A stretch of DNA of 64,000 nucleotides from an uncultured Chloroflexia bacterium (GTDB taxonomy: Bacteria; Chloroflexota; Anaerolineae; JAAEKA01): positions 31,432 to 95,431 of the forward strand of contig CAVPPH010000009.1 of assembly GCA_963707275.1 (NCBI GenBank), written 5' to 3'. Every line of letters starts with the position of its first letter. Positions within the stretch are counted from its first letter, which is position 1. The notes beneath the pieces were generated by a model, which was given only the letters and a program-made list of their open reading frames with translations, had not been told where the DNA came from and did not search any database. Below, piece after piece: positions 22,763-32,193 of this stretch. The translations under genes were made by a program, and so were the position numbers.

Positions 22763-25675
22763 TCAGATCGGTCCGCCGTCGCCGACAAGGAAGAACGGCG
22801 CCCAGAAGTAGGGGTGTGTGTAGGCGTCCGCCGGCAGCTCCGGCGCAATATGGCCGTTGATGAACTGCAACTGCGCCTGGCGCAGGGCGTCACCTTTAGT
22901 TGCGCCGCGCACCAGATGGCCGTAGAACGCGGTCATCAGCGCTGCGGTTGAGCGGTCCTCCACAGCCCACTGGCTGAGCACTAACGAAGACGTGCCGGCG
23001 GCGAAAAAGGCGCGCATCAGGCCCAGCAGCTCGTCGCCGCCGCCCACCACGTGCTGCCCCGTCTGGCAGGCGCTCAACGTCACCAGCGATGCGTTCAGTC
23101 GCAGGTTGAAGATGTCCAGCGTTGTCAGCCAACCCTTGGCCAGCGCCAGGCCGGAGAAGAGCGGATTGTCGGGGCGGAAGTCGCCATGCACCGCCATGTG
23201 CAGCACGCGCTTGCTGCCCGCGTCGGCCCGCAGCGCGTCGGACGTGGCGTCTTCCTCCAGATAGAGGTCGCCGTGGCAGAGATCGGCCACCAGTTGCGCC
23301 TCGTCCAGCGCGTGCGGCAGCCGGCCGCCAAAGGAATTGCCCAGTGCCAGCACACCCGCGCCGCTGCGCGGCTGGTCGCAGCAGAAGCGCAACAGGCTGG
23401 CCACTGGCAGCCGCGCCAGCTCGAATTGCTCCACCAGATAGCGCTCCCCATCGAACAGCGCCTGGAAGGGCAGGTAGTGCAACGCGCCGTGCGGCACGGC
23501 AATCAGCCGCCGGAAGCCTGCCAGTTGTGGTGCGACCGGTGCGACGAGCTGGTCATATAGTTGGCGCAGCACGCCGCGCGCGTTGCCGGTCAGGCCGGGA
23601 AGCTGGGCAAGCTGGCTGCCGGGCACAGTGGCGAAGTTGAGTTGCAGCCGCCGCAGACTGCGCCGCACGCTGTTCTCGGTCAGGTTCAGGCGGGTCGCCG
23701 TTACCGTCCGGTTGGTGACCACGAACGCCACAATGTCGGTGTCGGTCGCGAAGTATTCCAGCACGGCGGTCTCGTCGTCCAGCGCCGACTGGAACGGCTC
23801 CGTGTGCACCTGCCAAAGGGTCACGTCGCGGGCGTAGTCGGCGTTGCGCACCAGAAGCTTGTGCCAGAGCTGCGTCATCCGCCCCTCCAGCGCCACGACA
23901 TCGCTGCTCAGTGTCTGCGGTTCGTCGGTTTCTGTCCAGGCGTTGCGGGTCAGATCCGCGCTGCCCTGCCAGCGGCGATAGAGACGATCACGTTGCTCAC
24001 GCAACTGCTCCAGCTCGGCCACGATGCCCGCGTCGCCCGGCTTGCGGGCGGTCAATCCCAGATCCAGCTTGAAGGCCAGCATGTCCACCAGCGCGCGCGA
24101 TTTGGCCCGTTCGGCGTACTCCAACCCGCGCGCCGGGTCGTTCAGCTCCAGGCTGAGACGCAGTGCGTGCTGATACAGCGACTGCTTATCCTCCAGGAAG
24201 CCGGCCCGGTGCTCAACCATGGCGCGGCCGCGCAGTTGCTCCAGCGCCTGGATGGCAAGTTCGTAATGCTGGCGCGCTTCCTGGCGGTTTTCTTGCGCCT
24301 CGGCGTCCGCGGCCAGAATAGCGTGTGACTGGTGGGCCAGCTCCGCCAGCTTATGATGGTCGGCCGTCGCCAGTGCCTGGCGTGCCAGCGTGCGCGCCAG
24401 CGCGTGCTGGTTGAGCGTCAGCGCGGCGCGGGCGGCTACCAGCGCGGCCTGTGCCTGATGCACCGGCAGGTCGCGCTGTTCGAAGGCTTCGGCGCATTGC
24501 ATAGCCAACGCCAGGCTTTCGGCAGGCTGACCCTGTACCTCCAGCAGTGCAGCGCGCTCGATGTCCACCCGGTTCATCCAGACGAGGTTGCCTTCCGCCT
24601 GGAAGAAGGCGCGGGCATCGCTCAGAGCCTGAAACGCCAGGTCGATGCGTCGCAGTCCGATTTGTGCGACGGCTTCGTTGAGCAGCGCTTCGGCCACCTC
24701 GCGCTGGCGGCCCACCTGTGTGCAGAACCGGCGCACGTCGCGGCATTTGTCCAGCGCGTCGTCGAAGCGCCGCAGTTGCAGCAGGCAGTAGCTGGTGACC
24801 AGATCCGCCTCGATCGCGTCCACCGGACGTCCATCGGCCAGGAAGGTGTCGCGCGCCTGGTCGAGCAGCGAAAGCGCCTCGTTGAAGCGACCCAGCATGA
24901 CGTAGGTCGCGGCCAGGTTCTGCTGGACATGGCCGATCTCGGCCTTCTGGTTGGTGCGCTCCAGCAGCCGCAGGGCGTTTTCGTTGGCGGTGATGGATGC
25001 CTGAAACCGGCCAAGATTGCGCAGGACGGTGGCGCGGTCCTGTTCGACCAGCGGCAGCAGGCGTTCGCCGTCCGCGCCGAGGCGCAGGCAGAGATCGCGC
25101 GTTTGGTCGAACTCAGCCAGCGCGCGTGAGTCATCCCGTCGCCGCCCGTGGACCACCGCCAGATTCATCGAGAGGCTGGCCAGCGCGCGCCACTGCCCGT
25201 GCGTTTCGAGAATCGGTCGCGCCAGGTTGCCCGTTTCCAGCGCCTCTTCGTACTGGCCCAGCATGGCCAGGGCGAACACCTTGCCGACTGCCGAGCCGGC
25301 CTGCTCAGCCGTGCGCCCGTTCCGGTCATACAGAGCAGCCGCCTGGTCGTAAACGTCCACCGCGCGCGCATACTGGCCCAGCCCGCCGAGAGCCAGCGCG
25401 TTGGCTTCCGCCAGCAGCCCCAGCGCCCGGTCGCATTCGTCGTGGCGCAGCAGGCCAAGATGCTGCAACAGGTACGCCATGTCCAGCGAGCGCTGCACAT
25501 CGTCGCGCAGAAGCCGGTCAGCCTGTTGCTTGAGCTGGCTGGCGACGTCGTCACCCAGCGCCGGCAGGCTGGCCTCCAGCAGGGTTTTCTGAGTGTCGAG
25601 GTCTGGCAGCGTCCGCAGGCTCTCGATCAACTCCTGGGAAGTCATCGATCTGCTCAGGATGCGACCCCCAGTCAA
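22763..25675 (-). CDS. TPR repeat plus CHAT (caspase-like) domain protease
   Basis: About 500 aa of TPR-like helices, then LEYAERAKSRAL, LIAVPHGALHYLPF, LHMAVHG (His), LVTLSACQTG (Cys), SQWAVED and HPYFWAPF. Confidence 0.93.
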   Translation of the reverse strand: MTGGRILSRSMTSQELIESLRTLPDLDTQKTLLEASLPALGDDVASQLKQQADRLLRDDVQRSLDMAYLLQHLGLLRHDECDRALGLLAEANALALGGLGQYARAVDVYDQAAALYDRNGRTAEQAGSAVGKVFALAMLGQYEEALETGNLARPILETHGQWRALASLSMNLAVVHGRRRDDSRALAEFDQTRDLCLRLGADGERLLPLVEQDRATVLRNLGRFQASITANENALRLLERTNQKAEIGHVQQNLAATYVMLGRFNEALSLLDQARDTFLADGRPVDAIEADLVTSYCLLQLRRFDDALDKCRDVRRFCTQVGRQREVAEALLNEAVAQIGLRRIDLAFQALSDARAFFQAEGNLVWMNRVDIERAALLEVQGQPAESLALAMQCAEAFEQRDLPVHQAQAALVAARAALTLNQHALARTLARQALATADHHKLAELAHQSHAILAADAEAQENRQEARQHYELAIQALEQLRGRAMVEHRAGFLEDKQSLYQHALRLSLELNDPARGLEYAERAKSRALVDMLAFKLDLGLTARKPGDAGIVAELEQLREQRDRLYRRWQGSADLTRNAWTETDEPQTLSSDVVALEGRMTQLWHKLLVRNADYARDVTLWQVHTEPFQSALDDETAVLEYFATDTDIVAFVVTNRTVTATRLNLTENSVRRSLRRLQLNFATVPGSQLAQLPGLTGNARGVLRQLYDQLVAPVAPQLAGFRRLIAVPHGALHYLPFQALFDGERYLVEQFELARLPVASLLRFCCDQPRSGAGVLALGNSFGGRLPHALDEAQLVADLCHGDLYLEEDATSDALRADAGSKRVLHMAVHGDFRPDNPLFSGLALAKGWLTTLDIFNLRLNASLVTLSACQTGQHVVGGGDELLGLMRAFFAAGTSSLVLSQWAVEDRSTAALMTAFYGHLVRGATKGDALRQAQLQFINGHIAPELPADAYTHPYFWAPFFLVGDGGPI

Positions 25676-26404
25676 CTGACAGAAAGCGACTGAATGTGAA
25701 TCTCGACGTCCGATCCTGTCAGGATGAGCTCGTAGTCCCCCGGCTCAAGGCGGAGTAGCTCGAAGTTGCCGTACGCGTCGACTGCGGTGGTGGCGAGCCG
25801 TTCTCCGCCGCGCCATAGCTCCACCGACACGCCGTCCACTGCAGGCCCGATCAATAGCCCGGTGAGGGCAAATCGGTCGGGTCGGTCCAGGTCGCCGTCG
25901 ATCTCGACGACTGCACGGTACTCGCCGGCTTCAAAGGTTAACGGGCCGTCCGCGCTGCCGCGTAGTGCGGCAAAGGCGGGCATCATCGCCGGCTGACCGA
26001 GGCTGTTGAGGCTGCTGGCCAGCCGCAGCGATCAACACCTGGACGCGTTGGCCGAGCGGTTGAGGGCGCGACAATTCGACCACTAGATCGGGCTGCGCCA
26101 TGTACGCGTCGAGTTGGCGCAGCTCCACCGAGCAGTGCGGACACGCTGTGAGATGAGTTTCGATCTGGGCGGTTTCGTGGGCGGTTAGCAGGCCGATGCT
26201 ATATTCACCGAGTTGCAGAGAAGGAGGACAGGCGGACCGGAAGAGCGAGCCAAGCAGAGCAGAAGTGGTCTGGCGAAGCTGCTGGACGCTGGCAGTGCAG
26301 TCAACGCACTGGTCGATATGCCGGGTGGTCATGGCGTCAGTCTCGCCATCCAGATACATCAGTAAAGCGCCGTCGGGAAGTTGGGTAAGGGTGTCGCATG
26401 CCAT
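25672..26404 (-). CDS. soluble zinc-finger anti-sigma factor-like protein with C-terminal beta-sandwich; frameshift near 26030
   Basis: LLMYLDGE...HIDQCVDC and HLTACPHC motifs; C-terminal VELWRG...DAYGNFELLRLEPGDYEL; no TM segment; directly downstream of the sigma gene. Confidence 0.75.
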
Positions 26405-26452
26405 GAATATGTGTACTCCTTCTGTCACTATAAACGTTCTCAACGCCACATT

Positions 26453-27157
26453 TCAGGCAGCGACCACTAGCAAACTGACCAAGTCCTGATCGCGCCGCAA
26501 CCGTTCCAGCACGTTTTGCTTGGTCCGGTACACGTCTTTGATATCTTCGAACATCTGCGGCTGCGCTTCCATCAGTTCGGCCGGTTTCATGCCCAGTACG
26601 AAGGAAGCGTAGATGACGGCTTGCTCCTTCTCGCTGTTCAGCCGTTCCTCGATGAGATGCCAAAAGTGGCTGCGGTCGACGCGGGCAATGGTGTCTGCTT
26701 CGATGTCACCCGGCGCGGGCGCGACTCGCATCTCCTCGGAGTCGGAGCCTTCTTCGATCACTGCCAGCTCGCGGCCGCGGTTGAAATCGACGATGGCGCT
26801 GTTGCTGCACATCTTGAGGTATCGCAGCAGTGATTTGAGGTCGCCAAAGCGCGCGAACTTGGCCGGTGTGATCGCGTGCCAGAGCTTCTCGAAGGCCCGG
26901 TTGACGAAGTACTGCGCATCCTCGCCGGTGGTCGGGTAGGCGGGGTGCCGCTCGACCCAGCCTGCTACCAGTGGCACGTACTGGTTGAACAGGCAGGTGT
27001 GCGCCTCCTGGTTTGCGTCGACGATGGCTCGCCGGAACAACTCATAGCAATAGCGCGGATCGTATTCCAGACGCTTGAAGAACCGGTGGGTCTCTTCGCT
27101 ACAGCGATGGGCGATGCCTGCCAGCGTCAGAGACGAGATTTCTACGGAGTCAGTCAT
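26453..27157 (-). CDS. divergent ECF-type sigma-70 family factor
   Basis: Region 2-like EDAQYFVNRAFEKLW...LLRYLKMCSNSAIVDFNR; region 4-like EKEQAVIYASFVLGMKPAEL...VYRTKQNVLERLRR. Confidence 0.78.
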   Translation of the reverse strand: MTDSVEISSLTLAGIAHRCSEETHRFFKRLEYDPRYCYELFRRAIVDANQEAHTCLFNQYVPLVAGWVERHPAYPTTGEDAQYFVNRAFEKLWHAITPAKFARFGDLKSLLRYLKMCSNSAIVDFNRGRELAVIEEGSDSEEMRVAPAPGDIEADTIARVDRSHFWHLIEERLNSEKEQAVIYASFVLGMKPAELMEAQPQMFEDIKDVYRTKQNVLERLRRDQDLVSLLVVAA

Positions 27158-27205
27158 GAAGAATGCTGTGCGCTCGGGTTGGAAGGGAATTGGGTTGACA
27201 GCGCC

Positions 27206-27234
27206 ATTATACAACTTCCAGTCGAAGATGCAAG
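27206..27234 (-). promoter_or_regulatory. possible sigma70 promoter for the sigma/CHAT operon
   Basis: Minus strand CTTGCA-17 nt-TATAAT, about 50 nt upstream of the ATG at 27157. Confidence 0.45.
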
Positions 27235-27414
27235 GAAGCTGCCATTTCCGGTTGCTTAAGGCTCCCTTAAGGTCGAATTCATACTGGCTTGAGAAATGCC
27301 TGCTATGCTTCGGTTTGATGCAGGTGCGTGGTGTAGAGGGCGGAGTTCTGCCCCCTCCGCGGCACGGTAGACCGCATCGATGTATTGGACAGATATTGTT
27401 GGAGGTATGAGGCT

Positions 27415-28611
27415 ATGCGTGTTTCCTTTCGTATGATCGTATTGTTGGTTCTGGCCGGGGTAATGGTCGGAGCAGCGTTTGCCACGGTGTTCGGTGACAA
27501 TCCGGCAACGGCGCCGGTTCAGGGTGTGCAGGCGAGCACTGCCACCTCCAGCGCGGTCCAGCCCTCCAGCGCGCCGGCGTCGGTAGCTTTGCCGTCGGCG
27601 CAGCCATCGAGTTCGTCCTCGTTGTCGTCAGCAGACGCATTGCAGGCGGTAACAGCCGAAGAGCAGGTTCTGGGCAGTATCTATCAGCAGGTGCTGCCTT
27701 CGGTGGTGCACATTCAGGTGGCTCAGGGCCAGGGGTCAGGTTTTGTCTGGGACAACGACGGCCATATCGTCACAAACAACCACGTGGTCGACGGCGCGAC
27801 ACAGGTTATCGTCAGCTTTGCCGACGGTGACCGCGCGACTGGCACGGTGCTGGGCACCGATCCCGAGTCTGATCTGGCGGTGGTGCAGGTTGATGTGTCG
27901 GCCGCCAGCCTCACGCCGGTGACGCTGGGCGACAGCGACGCGCTGAGTGTCGGCCAACTGGCTGTGGCGCTGGGCAATCCCTTTGGTCTGGATAATACCA
28001 TGACCGCCGGTATTATCAGCGCGCTGGGTCGCAACATCAACAGCGGTAGCAGCCAGTTTTCGATCCCGCGGGTCATCCAGACCGATGCGCCTATCAATCC
28101 CGGCAATTCGGGCGGCCCGTTGCTCAACCGCGCCGGCGAGGTCATCGGCATCAACACGCAGATCGTCAGCAACAGCGGCAGCAACTCAGGCATCGGCTTT
28201 TCCGTGCCGATCAACATCGCCAAGCGGGTCATTCCTGCGCTGATCGAAGATGGCAACTTCTCGTATTCGTGGCTGGGCGTTGCCGGCCAGACGGTGATAC
28301 CGGATCTGGTGGATGTGCTCAAGCTGCCGGCGGGAACGCACGGGGTATTGATCAGTTCGATCGCAGACAGCGGTCCGGCCGCGCTGGCCGGCCTGCGCGG
28401 CGGAACACGCGTCACGCAGGTTGAGGGGCTGTCGGTGCCGGTCGGCGGCGACGTCGTCATCAGTATCGACGACACAGCCATCGGCAGCATGGATGACCTG
28501 ATGGCCTATCTCACCGTCAAAACCAGCCCCGGCGACACCGTCACGTTGGACGTCATTCGCAGCAACGGGCGCAAGTCACAGGTCGATGTCACGCTGCAAG
28601 CGCGACCGTAG
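27415..28611 (+). CDS. htrA: HtrA/DegP family serine protease with PDZ domain
   Basis: N-terminal signal/TM, GSGFV, TNNHVV, SDLAV, IQTDAPINPGNSGGPL, GIGFSVP, PDZ; RBS GGAGG. Confidence 0.93.
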   Translation: MRVSFRMIVLLVLAGVMVGAAFATVFGDNPATAPVQGVQASTATSSAVQPSSAPASVALPSAQPSSSSSLSSADALQAVTAEEQVLGSIYQQVLPSVVHIQVAQGQGSGFVWDNDGHIVTNNHVVDGATQVIVSFADGDRATGTVLGTDPESDLAVVQVDVSAASLTPVTLGDSDALSVGQLAVALGNPFGLDNTMTAGIISALGRNINSGSSQFSIPRVIQTDAPINPGNSGGPLLNRAGEVIGINTQIVSNSGSNSGIGFSVPINIAKRVIPALIEDGNFSYSWLGVAGQTVIPDLVDVLKLPAGTHGVLISSIADSGPAALAGLRGGTRVTQVEGLSVPVGGDVVISIDDTAIGSMDDLMAYLTVKTSPGDTVTLDVIRSNGRKSQVDVTLQARP

Positions 28612-28616
28612 GTGGA

Positions 28617-28714
28617 GGGTGATCGGTAATCAGTAATCAGTAAACAGTCGGAGGTCAGAGGCCAGTGATCAGCAGTCCGGACACTGAACACTGATCACCG
28701 ACTGCTGTTCACCG
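28617..28714. repeat. heptamer repeat tract forming an imperfect hairpin (STRR-like)
   Basis: cggtaat cagtaat cagtaaa ... tgatcag ... gacactg aacactg atcaccg actgctg. Confidence 0.7.
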
Positions 28715-28815
28715 TCGCCCGGGCGTGCTTTGACAGAAGCGGAGCAAGGCGTATACTGACGTGGCTGTGGAGCATCTGGCTCGCAGCCACGTATTTTATT
28801 GAAAGGCGCACCGCC

Positions 28816-29628
28816 ATGCTTGATAACCTGACGCAGCTTTGGCAAGCTGTCCTGTTGGGTATTGTTGAGGGCCTCACCGAGTTCCTTCCGATCTCATCTA
28901 CCGGTCACCTGATCGTTTTTTCCGACCTGCTCAACTTTCAGGGCAGCCTGGGCGGCACATTCGAGATCTTCATCCAACTCGGCGCGGTGCTGGCAGTGGT
29001 CTTCTACTACCGCAGCGATCTGTGGCAGCAGGTCCGCACCGTGCCACACAACCCGACGGTCCAGCGCTTCTGGCTGAACATCCTGATTGCCTTTGTTCCC
29101 GCCGCGCTGATCGGCCTCCTGTTCCATGATTGGATCAAGGAGGTATTGTTTTCGCCAGGTGTCGTGGCGGCAGCTTTGATCGTAGGCGGCGTGATCATTC
29201 TGCTGGTAGAGCGTCAGGATCACTCGGTCGGTACGTCCTCGGTCTATTCAGTCTCGCCGCGCCAAGCGCTGGGCGTCGGGCTGGCGCAGATCGTGTCGCT
29301 CATCCCGGGCGCGTCGAGGGCGGCGTCCACGATCATTGGCGGGCTGCTGGTCGGTCTGGACCGGCCTACGGCGACCAGTTTCTCCTTCTATCTGGCGATT
29401 CCCACCCTGGGAGCGGCGACAGTATACGATCTGGCGACCAATCTCGATCAGGTGCACAGCAACGATGCGCTCAACCTGCTGGTCGGCACGGTGGTGTCGT
29501 TTCTGGTCTCGCTGCTGGTGATTCGCTGGCTGCTGCGCTATATCTCCAACCACGACTTCAAGATCTTCGGCTTCTACCGGGTTGTGGTCGGTCTGGTCGT
29601 GATCGCTTGGTTCTATCTGTCCTTTTGA
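28816..29628 (+). CDS. uppP: undecaprenyl-diphosphate phosphatase
   Basis: GIVEGLTEFLPISSTGHL, IQLGAVLAV, PGASRAAST, FSFYLAIP. Confidence 0.95.
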   Translation: MLDNLTQLWQAVLLGIVEGLTEFLPISSTGHLIVFSDLLNFQGSLGGTFEIFIQLGAVLAVVFYYRSDLWQQVRTVPHNPTVQRFWLNILIAFVPAALIGLLFHDWIKEVLFSPGVVAAALIVGGVIILLVERQDHSVGTSSVYSVSPRQALGVGLAQIVSLIPGASRAASTIIGGLLVGLDRPTATSFSFYLAIPTLGAATVYDLATNLDQVHSNDALNLLVGTVVSFLVSLLVIRWLLRYISNHDFKIFGFYRVVVGLVVIAWFYLSF

Positions 29629-29680
29629 CGCTTCTGGCAGCCACTGCAGCTCAACCATGCGGCTTGCTCCCGGCTGGGCT

Positions 29681-29828
29681 GCCTCGCTCTGGCCGGTCTC
29701 CGACCGAGCCAGCTGGCGTAACGTCTCGCTACCGGCACGGTCGGAGACCGGCCGGAGCAAGTATCAGGACCTGGCGTAACATCTCGAAACCGGCACAGTC
29801 GGAGACCGGCCGGAGCAAGTACCAGGAC
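29681..29828. repeat. cluster of GGTCGGAGACCGGCC elements: one inverted copy plus two 58-bp tandem copies
   Basis: 29713-29770 and 29771-29828 are near-identical; inverted copy at 29681-29713; related copies at 3378 and 58991. Confidence 0.8.
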
Positions 29829-29839
29829 TAAGGCGCACG

Positions 29840-30592
29840 CTAGAGCCGTAGCGTCTCGACCAGTTGCGGCAGCACGCTGCCGATGTCGCCGCGGACCGTG
29901 ATCTCGGCCAGCGAGTTGGCGACGGTCGGCTGGCGGTTGATGATCACGATGCGGCTGCCGCGCCGGCGGGCCAGGTGTGGCAGGTCGCTGGCAGGCTCAA
30001 CTTCCAGCGAGGTGCCGATGGCCAGCATCAGATCGCAGCGCAGTGAGGCTTCCTGCGCCCGCCGCAGGCTTTCATAAGGTAGCGGCTCGCCGAACAGAAT
30101 GGCGTTTGGCTTAAGCAAATTGCCACAGCCTTCGCAGCGCAACACTTCTCCCCGTTCCACCCTTGCCCAGAGAGGCTCGCTGGGCGTTTCTGCAGCACAA
30201 CCAAGACAGCGCGCCGAGCGAACGTCGCCGTGCAACTCAACCACTGCGCTGGAACCGGCTTGCTGGTGCAGCCCGTCGATGTTCTGGGTGATCAGCAGAT
30301 CCAATTTGCCGATCCGCTCCAGCGCGACCAGAGCGTGATGGGCTGCGTTCGGGCGGGCGCTGCGGATGGCGCGCGCCACCGGCGTGAACCAGCGGTAAAA
30401 CCGTTCGGGATTGTCGTGAAAGCCCCAGATCGACGCCACCTCCATGGGGTTGAAGGTGTTCCAGAGGCCGGAGATGGGGCTGCGAAAATCGGGAATGCCG
30501 GAGGGCGTGCTGACGCCAGCCCCTGTCAGGACGACGATCGAGCCTGCGGAGCGAATGAGATCTGCAACTCTGCGGATGGATGGTTCAACCAT
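29840..30592 (-). CDS. cobB: NAD-dependent protein deacylase (Sir2 family)
   Basis: GAGVSTPSGIPDFR, ITQNIDGLH, ELHG, CxxC...CxxC, ILFGE, GTSLEVEPA, IIN. Confidence 0.93.
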   Translation of the reverse strand: MVEPSIRRVADLIRSAGSIVVLTGAGVSTPSGIPDFRSPISGLWNTFNPMEVASIWGFHDNPERFYRWFTPVARAIRSARPNAAHHALVALERIGKLDLLITQNIDGLHQQAGSSAVVELHGDVRSARCLGCAAETPSEPLWARVERGEVLRCEGCGNLLKPNAILFGEPLPYESLRRAQEASLRCDLMLAIGTSLEVEPASDLPHLARRRGSRIVIINRQPTVANSLAEITVRGDIGSVLPQLVETLRL

Positions 30593-30764
30593 GGCGTGCG
30601 TAGCCGATACAGCGCAATAAGTGTGATCACTGTACCACAAGGACAGGCCAGCAGCAAGAATCAAGCGAGATAAGTCAAGTAAAGTCTCCGGCACTGCGCG
30701 AAGAGCGTTGCGGGGATGGAGATGTCAATGCTCGCTCGCGTATGAGGCATCGGGACCGCCCCGA

Positions 30765-30793
30765 TTGACATGGCAGGTTGAAGGGAGTATCAT
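30765..30793 (+). promoter_or_regulatory. possible sigma70 promoter
   Basis: TTGACA-17 nt-TATCAT upstream of 30868. Confidence 0.55.
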
Positions 30794-30867
30794 ACTGCCA
30801 GCGTCGTAACGGGTGCCGTTATCGTTGCCGGTTTTTATCCCCCTGATTCTGGAAAGGCGACCCTGAC

Positions 30868-31507
30868 ATGCTTACAGCCTGGCTACGAAAGACCTTTCGC
30901 GGTGTGCTGGAGGCAGTAGCCCGCTTCTTCAATCGGCTGGGCGTCACGCCCAACCAATTAACTCTTATCGGTCTGTTGTTGCAGGGAATTGTGGCGGTGG
31001 TGATCGCTGCAGGCTACTTGCAGCTCGCGGGAATCCTCCTGATTTTCTTCTCTATTTTCGATGCGTTCGACGGGACGCTGGCGCGCATGACCGGCCAGGT
31101 CAGCCGGTTTGGCGCATTCTTCGACGCCACCATCGATCGCTACGCCGAATCAATTGTGCTCTTCGGTCTGCTGGTGTACTACTCCGGCCAACCCGATTCG
31201 ACCACGCAGACGCTGCTGATCTACGTTGCGATTGTCGGATCGTTGCTGGTCAGCTACACCCGCGCCAAGGCTGAGAGTCTGGGAATTCCCTGCAAAGATG
31301 GGATTCTGACGCCGCGCCGAGCGAGTCGTGCTGTTGGTCATCGGCCTGCTGCTCGGCACCTGGCAGCCGATTGCCGCTCTCCCCGATGCGCTGACAGTGG
31401 TGCTCTGGCTGCTGGCGATCCTGAGCAATGTGACAGCGATCCAGCGGGTCCTGGCGGTTCGCAAGACCGTACGCGAACAGGATGCGGCCTCTGGCCAGCC
31501 TGGCTGA
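30868..31507 (+). CDS. CDP-alcohol phosphatidyltransferase; frameshift near 31315
   Basis: TPNQLT and DAFDGTLAR...GAFFDATIDR signature; second frame ERVVLL...TAIQRV. Confidence 0.9.
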
Positions 31508-31627
31508 GGACGGCCAGAGCAGAGTCCGGTGCACATATCTCGTGGGATGCAAGCTGCGGGACACCAATTGTGGGGCAATCTTGAATACAACCGTTACTTT
31601 GAGCAAATACCAGCGTCATAGAGGGTA

Positions 31628-32191
31628 ATGAGGGTGTCAAACTGGACAACCGAGTCGGAGAACCATATTCTCCAACTTGCTAAAGCCTACGACGTCACTG
31701 CACTAGCTGCGATTTACGACAACTACGAAGCAAAGATCTACAGCTACATCTACCATCGAGTAGGCAATCAGTTTGTGGCTCAAGATCTGACGTCGCAGGT
31801 TTTTCTCCGCGTCCTCGAATCCATCCAGCTCGATCGTGCCTGGGAGACGTCGTTTTCTGGATGGTTGTATCGCATCGCTCACAACCTGGTCATTGACTAC
31901 TATCGCCGCAGGGGACGCACCACCCAGGTTTCTTTGGATGACATGTCAGAACTGCACTCGAAAGGTGAGAGCCCGGAGAGCGCGGCCGAGCGGGCAGTGG
32001 CTACCGAACGGCTGCGTGTTGCGATCAACCGCCTGACTGAAGAACAGGCGCAGGTCGTCACTCTTCGCTTTCTCGAAGGAATGAGCATTATCGAAGTCGC
32101 CGACAGCATGGGCAAGACCGAAGGCGCCATCAAGGCGTTGCAATACCGCGCTGTCTCGTCGCTTCGGCGCATTATGGAGGCTCAGGCGTAG
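31628..32191 (+). CDS. ECF sigma-70 factor (SigW/RpoE-like)
   Basis: AQDLTSQVF, FSGWLYRIAHNLVIDYYR, LTEEQAQVVTLRFLEGMSIIEVA...GAIKALQYRA. Confidence 0.93.
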   Translation: MRVSNWTTESENHILQLAKAYDVTALAAIYDNYEAKIYSYIYHRVGNQFVAQDLTSQVFLRVLESIQLDRAWETSFSGWLYRIAHNLVIDYYRRRGRTTQVSLDDMSELHSKGESPESAAERAVATERLRVAINRLTEEQAQVVTLRFLEGMSIIEVADSMGKTEGAIKALQYRAVSSLRRIMEAQA

Positions 32192-32193
32192 TC

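Noticed and set aside
22763-25675. Craspase/Csx29 of a type III-E CRISPR locus
   Set aside because: No gRAMP/Cas7-11, cas1 or array in the window; only the logic is analogous.
20511-27157. CHAT operon as an island integrated at the tRNAs
   Set aside because: It lies upstream of the tRNA promoter rather than at a tRNA 3' end; I saw no duplicated tRNA fragment or integrase.
27228-27244. Third copy of the TGCA-N7-TGCA motif (atgcaaggaagctgcca)
   Set aside because: Weak match, better explained as the -35 of the sigma operon promoter.
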